A stretch of 64,000 bases of DNA from Candidatus Bathyarchaeota archaeon. Lineage in GTDB: Archaea; Thermoproteota; Bathyarchaeia; Bathyarchaeales; Bathycorpusculaceae. Where the stretch lies: NCBI GenBank assembly GCA_963832745.1, contig CAWHVC010000005.1, positions 384,001 through 448,000 on the forward strand, written 5' to 3'. Positions 1-7,777 of this stretch are shown here, piece by piece (position 1 is the stretch's first letter; every line of letters begins with the position of its first letter). Below the pieces are notes generated by a model. The model was not told the origin of the DNA, ran no database searches, and saw only the letters and a list, made by a program, of their open reading frames with translations. The translations under genes were made by a program, and so were the position numbers.

Positions 1-302
1 ACATCTTGTTTTACGGTAGGAGCAAACAGTTGATCGTTAGGGTCTTGGAAAACAAAGCCTACACGGCGTCTAAGTTCAAGCAACGCTTTAGAGTCATAGC
101 CTAAGGGTTTGTCTTCATAGTAAATGGTGCCTGAAGACGGCTTTAGTATGCCGTTAAGGTGGTTAAGAAGGGTTGTCTTGCCTGAACCGTTAGTGCCAAG
201 TAGGGCAATGCGGTCGCCATGGTCAAAACTTAAAGAAACATCATCAAGCGCGATTGTTCCATCTGAATATTGATGTACCAAATGATCAATTCTAAACAAC
301 AT
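1..302 (-). CDS. cbiO: Cobalt ECF transporter ATP-binding subunit (5' part; runs off the window)
   Basis: Manual translation from ATG at 302: MLFRIDHLVHQYSDGTIALDDVS...GTNGSGKTT (Walker A)...VGFVFQDPNDQLFAPTV (ECF Q-loop); overlaps the cbiQ stop. Confidence 0.9.
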   Translation of the reverse strand, partial: MLFRIDHLVHQYSDGTIALDDVSLSFDHGDRIALLGTNGSGKTTLLNHLNGILKPSSGTIYYEDKPLGYDSKALLELRRRVGFVFQDPNDQLFAPTVKQD

Positions 303-1104
303 ATTGCAAGACTCCAAAGTTTAACGTCAAATAAACAGCAAAAGCAAGCAACACATCAAAACAAACTATGGCGACAAGCATGATTTTGTTTGGTTTAGGA
401 AATTCTTCCAAAACCCGTATAGTTCCGTCGTAGCCTCTTGAACTCATTGCAGTGAAAGTACGTTCTGCCTGCTCCAACGCCCGTATGAAAAGGTTACCGG
501 CAAGCAAAGCTAAGCCGCGAATTTTTTTCATCCAGCCGCCTTTGCCTAAACGCATTGTTTGAGCTATCGTCATTTGCTCAGCAACCTCTAAAAAGACAAA
601 AATGTAACGGTAAATTAGCGTTGATATTTCCACAAGCGTTTTTGGCACATGTGCACGTCTAAGCAGAAGGCTAAGGTCAGTAATTGATGTTGTTAATACC
701 AGCAAAAATGTGCAGGAAAGTGCGCCTTCAACTCTGAAAAAGATAGTGGTCGCTAATTCTACGCTGCTTCTAAAAATTGTCCAAGTAAATCCGAGGAAGG
801 ACAGTTGAGTTAAAGCTTCACCGCTGCTAAAAGGATACAATGCAATAATAAGGCAGCTTAAAGCAACCATAAAAGTTGGGTAACGAAGAAGATTAACATA
901 AAAACGGGCTTTAACACCAGCCAACCCCAACACTAAAGCGGACATTATCACAAAAACAATTATTGGCACAAGGATTGATTGCGCAGAAACCGTAATAACT
1001 AAAGTAGAAAGGGCAAAAAAAGCCTTAGTTACTGGACTGCATTTAGACAGGTTGTTTGTGTAAGCATACCTGTCGATTTGCGCATAGTAATCGCTGTGAG
1101 CCAT
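292..1104 (-). CDS. cbiQ: Cobalt ECF transporter T component
   Basis: Hydrophobic protein with LIYRYIF, AQTMRLG and AMSSRGY (EcfT xRx motifs); lies in the cbiMNQO order. Confidence 0.9.
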   Translation of the reverse strand: MAHSDYYAQIDRYAYTNNLSKCSPVTKAFFALSTLVITVSAQSILVPIIVFVIMSALVLGLAGVKARFYVNLLRYPTFMVALSCLIIALYPFSSGEALTQLSFLGFTWTIFRSSVELATTIFFRVEGALSCTFLLVLTTSITDLSLLLRRAHVPKTLVEISTLIYRYIFVFLEVAEQMTIAQTMRLGKGGWMKKIRGLALLAGNLFIRALEQAERTFTAMSSRGYDGTIRVLEEFPKPNKIMLVAIVCFDVLLAFAVYLTLNFGVLQYVV

Positions 1105-1129
1105 ACAGTTTTTCGTCCGAGGTATAAGG

Positions 1130-1420
1130 CTACGTTGGAGCCTTTATTTCTTTTTTCGCTCTTTTTCCGCGTTCATACCCGACAAAGTACCCAATTACTA
1201 TTGCGCCTAACGCTGCCTGTAAGGCAAACAAGAGGCTTTCTATTTCACCGCTGGGTGGCTCCCAAATTGGGGTAAACCAGGGTTGATATCCTGTGTCGGA
1301 GATAGCTTGTTCAGCGCCTCCGTCTGCGCCGCCGAATTCTGCGTTTGGCAAAAGAATCAATGGGGCTACAAAGAGTCCAATCATAATGGCTATTAAGATT
1401 ATGTAGTGTTTACTGTTCAT
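1130..1420 (-). CDS. cbiN: Cobalt transport protein CbiN
   Basis: EFGGADG...YQPWFTPIWEPPSGEIESLLFALQAA signature, two TM segments. Confidence 0.95.
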   Translation of the reverse strand: MNSKHYIILIAIMIGLFVAPLILLPNAEFGGADGGAEQAISDTGYQPWFTPIWEPPSGEIESLLFALQAALGAIVIGYFVGYERGKRAKKEIKAPT

Positions 1421-2112
1421 TGCTGTTTTGCCTCCGCGGTTTTCTCCATTTTAGGTAGTTTTATCACTTTTAATGCAGCTAAGAGTTGTCCTTTGTATTT
1501 TGCCAGGAAATCAAAGAGTATCACTGCAAGTATGCCTTCGCCGATTGCTAAGGGGATTTGGGTTACTGCAAAGATTCCGCCGAACAGTAAAAAGCCATCC
1601 ATGAATCCGTTGCCGATTGGGATTGCTAATGCGAGTTGGATTGAGGTTACAACGTAAGTGAATAAGTCTCCGAGTGCTGCTGCAAGAAATATTCCGATTG
1701 CAGGTTTAACATGGGCTTTCTGGCAAATTTTCCATATTGCGTAAGCTAGGAATGGTCCGGCGATACCCATAGAGAATAGGTTTGCGCCCAAGGTTGTTAA
1801 GCCGCCGTGGGCTAGAAGTAAGGCTTGGAATACAAGCACTATCATTGAGAGCACGGAGGTTATTCCGGGTCCAATGATTACTGCGGATAGGCCTGTGCCG
1901 GTGGGGTGTGAACAGCTACCGGTTACGGAGGGGAGTTTTAGTGCTGAGAGTACAAATATGAATGCACCCATTAGGGCAAGGAGGGGTTTTGATTCTGGAA
2001 CGTTTTTAGTCACTTTAATTAATCGATAAACGCCATATGCTACTATTGGTATTGAGATTGCGAACCATATTTCCCACCATGGACTTGGCAGGAAGCCTTC
2101 CATTATGTGCAT
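1417..2112 (-). CDS. cbiM: Cobalt ECF transporter S component
   Basis: Canonical N-terminus MHIMEGFL (ATG at 2112 with GGAG SD; the ORF-track start at 2151 is probably too long); GSCSHPTG and AHGGLTTLGAN motifs. Confidence 0.95.
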   Translation of the reverse strand: MHIMEGFLPSPWWEIWFAISIPIVAYGVYRLIKVTKNVPESKPLLALMGAFIFVLSALKLPSVTGSCSHPTGTGLSAVIIGPGITSVLSMIVLVFQALLLAHGGLTTLGANLFSMGIAGPFLAYAIWKICQKAHVKPAIGIFLAAALGDLFTYVVTSIQLALAIPIGNGFMDGFLLFGGIFAVTQIPLAIGEGILAVILFDFLAKYKGQLLAALKVIKLPKMEKTAEAKQQ

Positions 2113-2156
2113 GTGTTTTTTGGGTCTCCTTTGCGTATTTATTCCAGCCAATAAGC

Positions 2157-2195
2157 ATATAAACGTTCATTTAACATAAGTTAACCTAAGGTTGA
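2157..2195. promoter_or_regulatory. cbiM TATA box plus phased palindromic operator array in the divergent cbiM/regulator promoter
   Basis: ATATAAACgttcaTTTAAcataagTTAAcctaagGTTGA; TTTATAT on the minus strand; aligns without gaps to 38084-38122. Confidence 0.65.
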
Positions 2196-2204
2196 ATAGG
2201 AAAA

Positions 2205-3038
2205 ATGCATAAACAACCGCGAGACATTCTGCTACGCGACAAAGGAGAATTTACTAAATTCCAGATTTTACTGGAAGTAATGAGAAACCAACCTCACGTT
2301 AAACAAAAAGACATCAGCGACTCACTTGGCATAACAATTCAGGCGATATCTAAATATTTTAAAAAGTTAACCAAAGAAGGCCTGCTTGAAGCCGGATCCG
2401 AACGTGCCGATTACCGTTTAACCCCAAAAGGCATCACCAAACTGCGTGAAGACCTAAAAAACCTTGACTTGTACGTGAAATCCATCAAAAATGAGCTTAA
2501 AATTGACCACGCTTGGATAGCCATGGCAACCATGCCAGTGAAAATTGGTGAACAGGTGGGGCTAATCACTAAAGGCGGCATCTTTTACACGGTACCAGTT
2601 AAAGACCCCCAAGTTGAAGCTGTCGGAGTAGCGGCAAACGACGCGGTTCCCGGCGAAGACATCGGTTTAAAAGACTTAAAAGGCAAAGTAAAACTAAAAC
2701 AAGGCAAAATCTTAATCATTAAACTGCCAAGCATCCGCAAAGGCGGCTCAAGAACTGCTGACTTACCAAAAATCAAGGGGTACATTGACGAGTTTAAGCC
2801 TGACCGCATCGGAGTTATGGGCGCTGTTGGCAGGGCAGTTGTGAATAAGTTGGGGCTTAAAGCAGATTTGGAATTTGGAATCAGTCACTCTGCCGCAGTT
2901 GCTGCCTCACGTGGCTTAAACGTGTTGGTGCTTGTCGTGGGCAGGATGGTTAACAAGATGATTCAAGAAATCGATTCGCAAAACATGCGGTTTGTCGGCG
3001 ACATCATCTACGAAGTTAAAGACGCCCAAATGAGTTAA
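2205..3038 (+). CDS. Winged-helix transcriptional regulator (resembles archaeal COG1497-type)
   Basis: N-terminal HTH (QKDISDSLGITIQAISKYFKKLTKEGLL), uncharacterised C-terminal domain; divergent from cbiM. Confidence 0.75.
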   Translation: MHKQPRDILLRDKGEFTKFQILLEVMRNQPHVKQKDISDSLGITIQAISKYFKKLTKEGLLEAGSERADYRLTPKGITKLREDLKNLDLYVKSIKNELKIDHAWIAMATMPVKIGEQVGLITKGGIFYTVPVKDPQVEAVGVAANDAVPGEDIGLKDLKGKVKLKQGKILIIKLPSIRKGGSRTADLPKIKGYIDEFKPDRIGVMGAVGRAVVNKLGLKADLEFGISHSAAVAASRGLNVLVLVVGRMVNKMIQEIDSQNMRFVGDIIYEVKDAQMS

Positions 3039-3102
3039 CGGTTAGTTTTTTAAGCTCTAACCATCAAATCTTTTTAGAAAAACGCAGAAGGTAAGTGCCG
3101 TT

Positions 3103-3933
3103 ATGAGTATTGAGTTAACTGAAGCTAACATCCTTGCAGGCCAAATGAATGAGGAAATAGTGGGCAAAACAATCGCAAGCTACCAAGTGCAGAATCCAGG
3201 ACAGCTTCAACAAAAAGGCTTCATAAGCAAAAACCCCGAACTTGAACAGCTTGTCGGCAAAAAAGTCCTCTCCGTAAAATCAAGAGGCAACACAATTTTA
3301 GTTAAGCTTAGCGATGGGTGGAATCTGGTTTTGGCGCCTGAATACGGCGGCATCATCCAACTGCACAAGCTGCAAGCGGAGTTGCCCAAGTTTCATTTAA
3401 AACTTGACCTCCAAGACTCCGTCTTAACAGTGACTTTGACGGGCATGGGCTGCATCCAAGCTGTCCAAGACGCTTTTCTGCAAAACAATTACCTGTACAG
3501 GCGCGACTTCAGCGACATTCTTAATCCACTTGAAGCTGATTTTACGTACGAACGGTTTAAAGAGAAACTGGATAGCAGAAAACAGAACATTAAAGCCGCT
3601 TTAGTGGGCAAAACGGCAGTTATCGTTGGGGTTTCGAACAGCGCTTTCCAAGACATCATTTACCGCGCCAAAATCAGCCCCAAACGCAACACTGGCACAC
3701 TCACTGGCGAAGAAAAAAAGGCGCTTTACAACGCGATTGTTGAAATGGTTATTGACAGGTTGGAAGCTGAGGGAAAAGACCAGTTCACTGATTTGCATGG
3801 CAAACCTGGATTGTACAAACCAAAAATGGGCTCCAACCAGAGAGACCAAACCTGCCCAACCTGCGGAACCAAAATCGAGAAAATCAGTCATGGCGGGGGA
3901 CAAGTCTACGTTTGTCCAACCTGCCAAAAATAA
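3103..3933 (+). CDS. Fpg/Nei (MutM)-family DNA glycosylase-like protein with non-canonical catalytic residues
   Basis: ELxE N-terminus, H2TH region (GVSNSAFQDIIYRAKISP), C-terminal CPTC-CPTCQ zinc finger. Confidence 0.8.
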   Translation: MSIELTEANILAGQMNEEIVGKTIASYQVQNPGQLQQKGFISKNPELEQLVGKKVLSVKSRGNTILVKLSDGWNLVLAPEYGGIIQLHKLQAELPKFHLKLDLQDSVLTVTLTGMGCIQAVQDAFLQNNYLYRRDFSDILNPLEADFTYERFKEKLDSRKQNIKAALVGKTAVIVGVSNSAFQDIIYRAKISPKRNTGTLTGEEKKALYNAIVEMVIDRLEAEGKDQFTDLHGKPGLYKPKMGSNQRDQTCPTCGTKIEKISHGGGQVYVCPTCQK

Positions 3934-4119
3934 GCTAAACTTCAACATGTTTATGGGCTGAAAAAACGCCATTAACACCTAACACCCCCCATTAGCGATT
4001 TTTAGACCTGCATCAAAGTCACAGAGAAATAATGTAGGCTTATGGGAAAAAGAAAGGTTTGCTTAGTTGAGCTAACTAAAATTTATATGGATTTATGGCT
4101 TTGTTGTTTGTGATATCCT

Positions 4120-4707
4120 TTGGATTTCCTTAAAAAGCTTAGCAGCCATTTAACCGCACCTAAAGCAGACGCCAATTTACAGTTGTCTGAACAGTTCGTT
4201 GTGGTTGGTGATTGTTTGGAAGGAACCTTAGCGGTTTTGCCTCATGAAACAATTGACATTGATGAGGTACGATGTGAACTAAACTGTACGGAAACTGCTC
4301 AAGTAATAAGAAACATTTATGACCCCACTATCAAACGGATGGTTGCAAGTCAAGTAACTGAAAACAGAACACTTTACCAGACACACTGCGTCTGTAACCC
4401 TGCAACACAACTAATCAACGGCGTAAACAGAGATTTTAAAGTAAACGTAAACATTCCAGTAGGTTCTCGCCCTACGTTTAATTCAATTAATGATTCGGTC
4501 GTGTGGGAAATCAAAGGTGTTGTTGCGGTTCATGGCAGACCGGACTTGACTACAAGGACGCTCCAGCTTCAAGTTATTCCTGAAAATCAACGACCAACAA
4601 GCCAGACACCCAAAATTAGGCTGGTTAACTGTGAGTACTGCCAAACTGCCATGCCAGAGACAATTTTGGCTTGTCCAAATTGTGGAGCAAGAAGAAAAGC
4701 AGTATAA
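4120..4707 (+). CDS. Arrestin/SpoOM-fold-like protein with C-terminal zinc ribbon
   Basis: Beta-rich pattern LEGTL...EVRCELNCTE...FKVNVNIPVGSRPTF...WEIKGVV; CEYC-CPNC at the C-terminus; TTTATAT at 4082. Confidence 0.55.
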   Translation: MDFLKKLSSHLTAPKADANLQLSEQFVVVGDCLEGTLAVLPHETIDIDEVRCELNCTETAQVIRNIYDPTIKRMVASQVTENRTLYQTHCVCNPATQLINGVNRDFKVNVNIPVGSRPTFNSINDSVVWEIKGVVAVHGRPDLTTRTLQLQVIPENQRPTSQTPKIRLVNCEYCQTAMPETILACPNCGARRKAV

Positions 4708-4983
4708 AAGCCAAAAAAAGTTAGGTTACAAGGCCTAAGTTTGCCTTATTGGCGGTACCGATTCCTTTTCTTTGGAATGTTACGGCGTCTTTTTCCAGGC
4801 GGATTGTTGGTTGTAATAGGATAGTTGGAATGTCTCCGCTCTTTCTATTTTTACTTATATACTCATTTCTCTACAACAGGCACCGAAATGGCTATCAAGC
4901 GAAACATATTTTAAATTTTTTGTTTAATGTGAATTAAGTGATAACAAGTAAACGCTGTTATGTAAGTAAAACGGGGTGATAAA

Positions 4984-5091
4984 TTGCCAGTACCTAAAGT
5001 GAAACGGGGTAAATGGGAAAAAGAAAGAGAAAGAAATGAAGATGGAAGTTGGAGAAAGAAACGTTCTGATGCTGGAAAAAGTCGAGATTAA
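4984..5091 (+). CDS. 35-aa basic microprotein MPVPKVKRGKWEKERERNEDGSWRKKRSDAGKSRD
   Basis: TTG start after GGGGTGA SD (4973-4979); open frame to TAA; not in the ORF track. Confidence 0.6.
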   Translation: MPVPKVKRGKWEKERERNEDGSWRKKRSDAGKSRD

Positions 5092-5223
5092 GAAACTGGG
5101 ATATTAAACACCAAGAAAGTATCTAAAGTGTGCTTAATTGGCGCCACCATAACTAACCAGCAGGAATTCTGTTACGCCCACTATTTTTAAGACTTTGAAG
5201 TTGCTACAGGGCATAACCCATTG

Positions 5224-5346
5224 TTATAGTGGTACTTCTGCCAGTGAGTAAATGCTTTTGTGCGCTTTTAGCCTGTGCTCTCTTAAAATGTTTGGGTTAG
5301 CTAGAATTTTCTTACAAATTGGACATGTCAAAGTGTTGTTATCCAT
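5224..5346 (-). CDS. 40-aa C2H2 zinc-finger microprotein
   Basis: MDNNTLTCPICKKILANPNILREHRLKAHKSIYSLAEVPL = C-x2-C-x12-H-x4-H; GTGA SD and TTTAAA box upstream; not in the ORF track. Confidence 0.75.
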   Translation of the reverse strand: MDNNTLTCPICKKILANPNILREHRLKAHKSIYSLAEVPL

Positions 5347-5650
5347 AAAAAATCACTTTATGAAACAATCGTTTATACTTTAAACAAGGATACAGAAACA
5401 AGTTATAGAGCTTTGTTGGTTGCACATGGTGACAACATTTGCTTTTATTTCAAAATTTGCATATATTTGAGTGTGGAAATCTGGGCGAGGTTTTAGGCGA
5501 CCTATCTGCTAACAAGAACTGGGAGGCGTACCCCATTGTTTTTTTGCCTGCCCTATCTATGTTAGAGCACGGGTAGAAACGCTTATACATATTTTTGAAA
5601 AGAACAAAACTTGAGCATATACAAAGTTAAGACGGCTAAGCATTAAACCA

Positions 5651-6619
5651 TTAAACACCAATAACGTAAAGCCTTAACGCCACAATCGGCACCACCAATA
5701 CGAGCCCAAAAAGGATCGCAGTCACTTCCATTATCCTAAGTGCCTTAAAAATGTCATCAGGTGCTATAGCCCCTTCATCACCCAACGCGTAGTGTCCGGG
5801 TTTTGCAAGCTGCGTTTCCAAGGCACCTGCCATTGCACTAATAGTGTAGCCTGCATTTGGAGATGCTGTATTGTTTTTGTCACGTTTCAGAATACGCCAA
5901 GATTCTTTAGCGTTTTCCCCCACAAGTCCAGCGGCAACTACCATTAACAGAGCGGTAAGCCGTGAAGGGATATAGTTGGCTGCAGTGTCCATTTTCGCGC
6001 TAAACCAGCCGATGTTGCGAAGTTCAGGCGTTTTGTAGGCCACCATAGAATCATGCGTGTTGATTACGCGGTAAATGAATGCGCCGGGGACGCCGAGGAA
6101 CGCAAAAAAGAAGAAGGGTCCAGTGATGCCGTCGGTTGTGCTTTCCGCTATTGACTCCACAGCGGCGGAGATTATTTGGCGTTCGTTTAGGCTGTTTGGG
6201 TCACGGCGGACAATGTAGGGTAGGTACTTGCGGGCGCCATCTAAATCGTTGGTTTTAAGCGCTTTGGCAATTGGCACAGTGTAACGCCGCATGCACTTGA
6301 TGGCAAACGTGGATTTGAACAGGATTGCCCCAACTATGATGTAGGGGATTGAACCTAAATAGAAACGGATAACCCATAAACCCAAGAAAACCGGCAATGC
6401 GGCAAGCAACGCAACTGTAACCAGAAGCAGTACGCCGTTTGCTTTCTCAATTTTAGGATTCTTATTCTTACAGTAGGGCTTAAGATAGGCTATGACTTTT
6501 CCTATGCCCACGGTTGGATGAATCTGGTCAGGAATCTCGCCTAAAACAATGTCGATTATGAAAGCTAGGGCAAAGATGAATACGCCGTCTGTAAGTAGGC
6601 TTAAGTCTAGCTGGAACAT
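5651..6619 (-). CDS. cbiB: Adenosylcobinamide-phosphate synthase
   Basis: HPTVGIG, AAVESIAESTTDG, YRVINTHDSMVAY and SPNAG motifs. Confidence 0.93.
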   Translation of the reverse strand: MFQLDLSLLTDGVFIFALAFIIDIVLGEIPDQIHPTVGIGKVIAYLKPYCKNKNPKIEKANGVLLLVTVALLAALPVFLGLWVIRFYLGSIPYIIVGAILFKSTFAIKCMRRYTVPIAKALKTNDLDGARKYLPYIVRRDPNSLNERQIISAAVESIAESTTDGITGPFFFFAFLGVPGAFIYRVINTHDSMVAYKTPELRNIGWFSAKMDTAANYIPSRLTALLMVVAAGLVGENAKESWRILKRDKNNTASPNAGYTISAMAGALETQLAKPGHYALGDEGAIAPDDIFKALRIMEVTAILFGLVLVVPIVALRLYVIGV

Positions 6620-6650
6620 AGGCTACTGCTTACCCAATTTGGCAGGGTTC

Positions 6651-7772
6651 TTAAATTACTTTACCCAAAGCTTCCAGCAAGTGCACGTTTTCGTTGTGGA
6701 GCTTAACTGCAATTCGAATGTAGTACTGGTCTAAACCTTGGAAGCTGGTGCAGTCACGAACCATAATGCCCTGCTCAAGCAGTTTCTGGGTCAACAACGC
6801 CGCCGTCAAACCTGTTTCCCGGATGTCTATAAAGAAAAAGTTTGCATCTGGCGCATACATTTTAAATCCGCGGATTCCGCTTAAGCCTTCTTGCAAAAAA
6901 GTTTTTTCCTGTCGAATTAGCTTGCGAGTTTTTTGCAGATGCTCATCATCGTTCAAGGCAACCACCGCAGCCGCTTGCGCAAGGCAGTTAACGTTCCAAG
7001 GAATCTTTGCGCACAGTAACACATCGATGATTTCTGGGTTTGCAATACCGTAGCCGACTCGTAAGCCGGTTAAGCCAAAGAGTTTAGTGAAGCTGCGCAG
7101 GATGAACAGGTTGGGGTATTTGCCGATGCTTCTTATCATGGAGAGTTGCGGCTCGCCTTCCACAAACTCCAAAAAGTCCTCGTCCAAGAAAACCAAAATG
7201 TTCTGTTCTAAGGCTGCATCAAGAATACGTATCAACTGCTCGGTAGGGGTCAACAGGCTAGTAGGGTTATTTGGATTGCAAACAAAAACCATTTTTGCGC
7301 CAGCCATGCCCACGATGAAGGCGTCAACGTCAAGCTTCATGTCGCTGCCCAATTTGACAAATTTGATATCTGCACCGGTTTTCCGTACAGCACCCTCATA
7401 CTCACCAAATGTTGGCGCCGCCATAACAGCGAAATCGCCCTTTGAGAGGAAAGACTCGGCGAACAAGTACATGAGTTCGGTTGAACCGTTGCCGACGACT
7501 ACGTTGTTTTTAGTTACGCCGTAATGCTTGGCGATAACTTCTCGCAGTTCTGTTGAGGCGGAGTCGGGGTAAGCAGCGATTTGACCAAAACCAGCCTGTA
7601 CTGCAGCAAGCGCCTTTTTAGATGTGCCAAGCGGGTTGACGCTGGAGCTAAAATCTAAAAGGTCCTCTTGTTTGATTCCGGTTTTAGATGCGGCGTCGTG
7701 GACTTCTCCTCCGTGAACGCATGGCTTTAGGTTTTTAATGTTATCCTTCACTAAGCTTCGAATTGGCTTCAT
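6651..7772 (-). CDS. cobD: L-threonine-O-3-phosphate decarboxylase (PLP, HisC-like)
   Basis: HGG N-terminus, LDFSSSVNPLG, CNPNNPT, SFTKLFGLTGLRVGY (PLP lysine); adjacent to cbiB. Confidence 0.8.
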   Translation of the reverse strand: MKPIRSLVKDNIKNLKPCVHGGEVHDAASKTGIKQEDLLDFSSSVNPLGTSKKALAAVQAGFGQIAAYPDSASTELREVIAKHYGVTKNNVVVGNGSTELMYLFAESFLSKGDFAVMAAPTFGEYEGAVRKTGADIKFVKLGSDMKLDVDAFIVGMAGAKMVFVCNPNNPTSLLTPTEQLIRILDAALEQNILVFLDEDFLEFVEGEPQLSMIRSIGKYPNLFILRSFTKLFGLTGLRVGYGIANPEIIDVLLCAKIPWNVNCLAQAAAVVALNDDEHLQKTRKLIRQEKTFLQEGLSGIRGFKMYAPDANFFFIDIRETGLTAALLTQKLLEQGIMVRDCTSFQGLDQYYIRIAVKLHNENVHLLEALGKVI

Positions 7773-7777
7773 AACTG

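Noticed and set aside
2113-2204. Cobalamin riboswitch upstream of cbiM (also considered at 38043-38205)
   Set aside because: Leaders between TATA and start are under 50 nt, AT-rich and lack the B12-box consensus
3601-3978. Alternative-frame and antisense ORFs from the track (e.g. 3601-3978, 7087-7524, 8412-8822, 24301-24813, 44541-44918)
   Set aside because: They are shadows of well-supported genes, with no motifs or SD
4730-4860. Basic micro-ORF on the minus strand (…PPGKRRRNIPKKRNRYRQ*)
   Set aside because: No in-frame canonical start codon after the putative SD, so it cannot be supported
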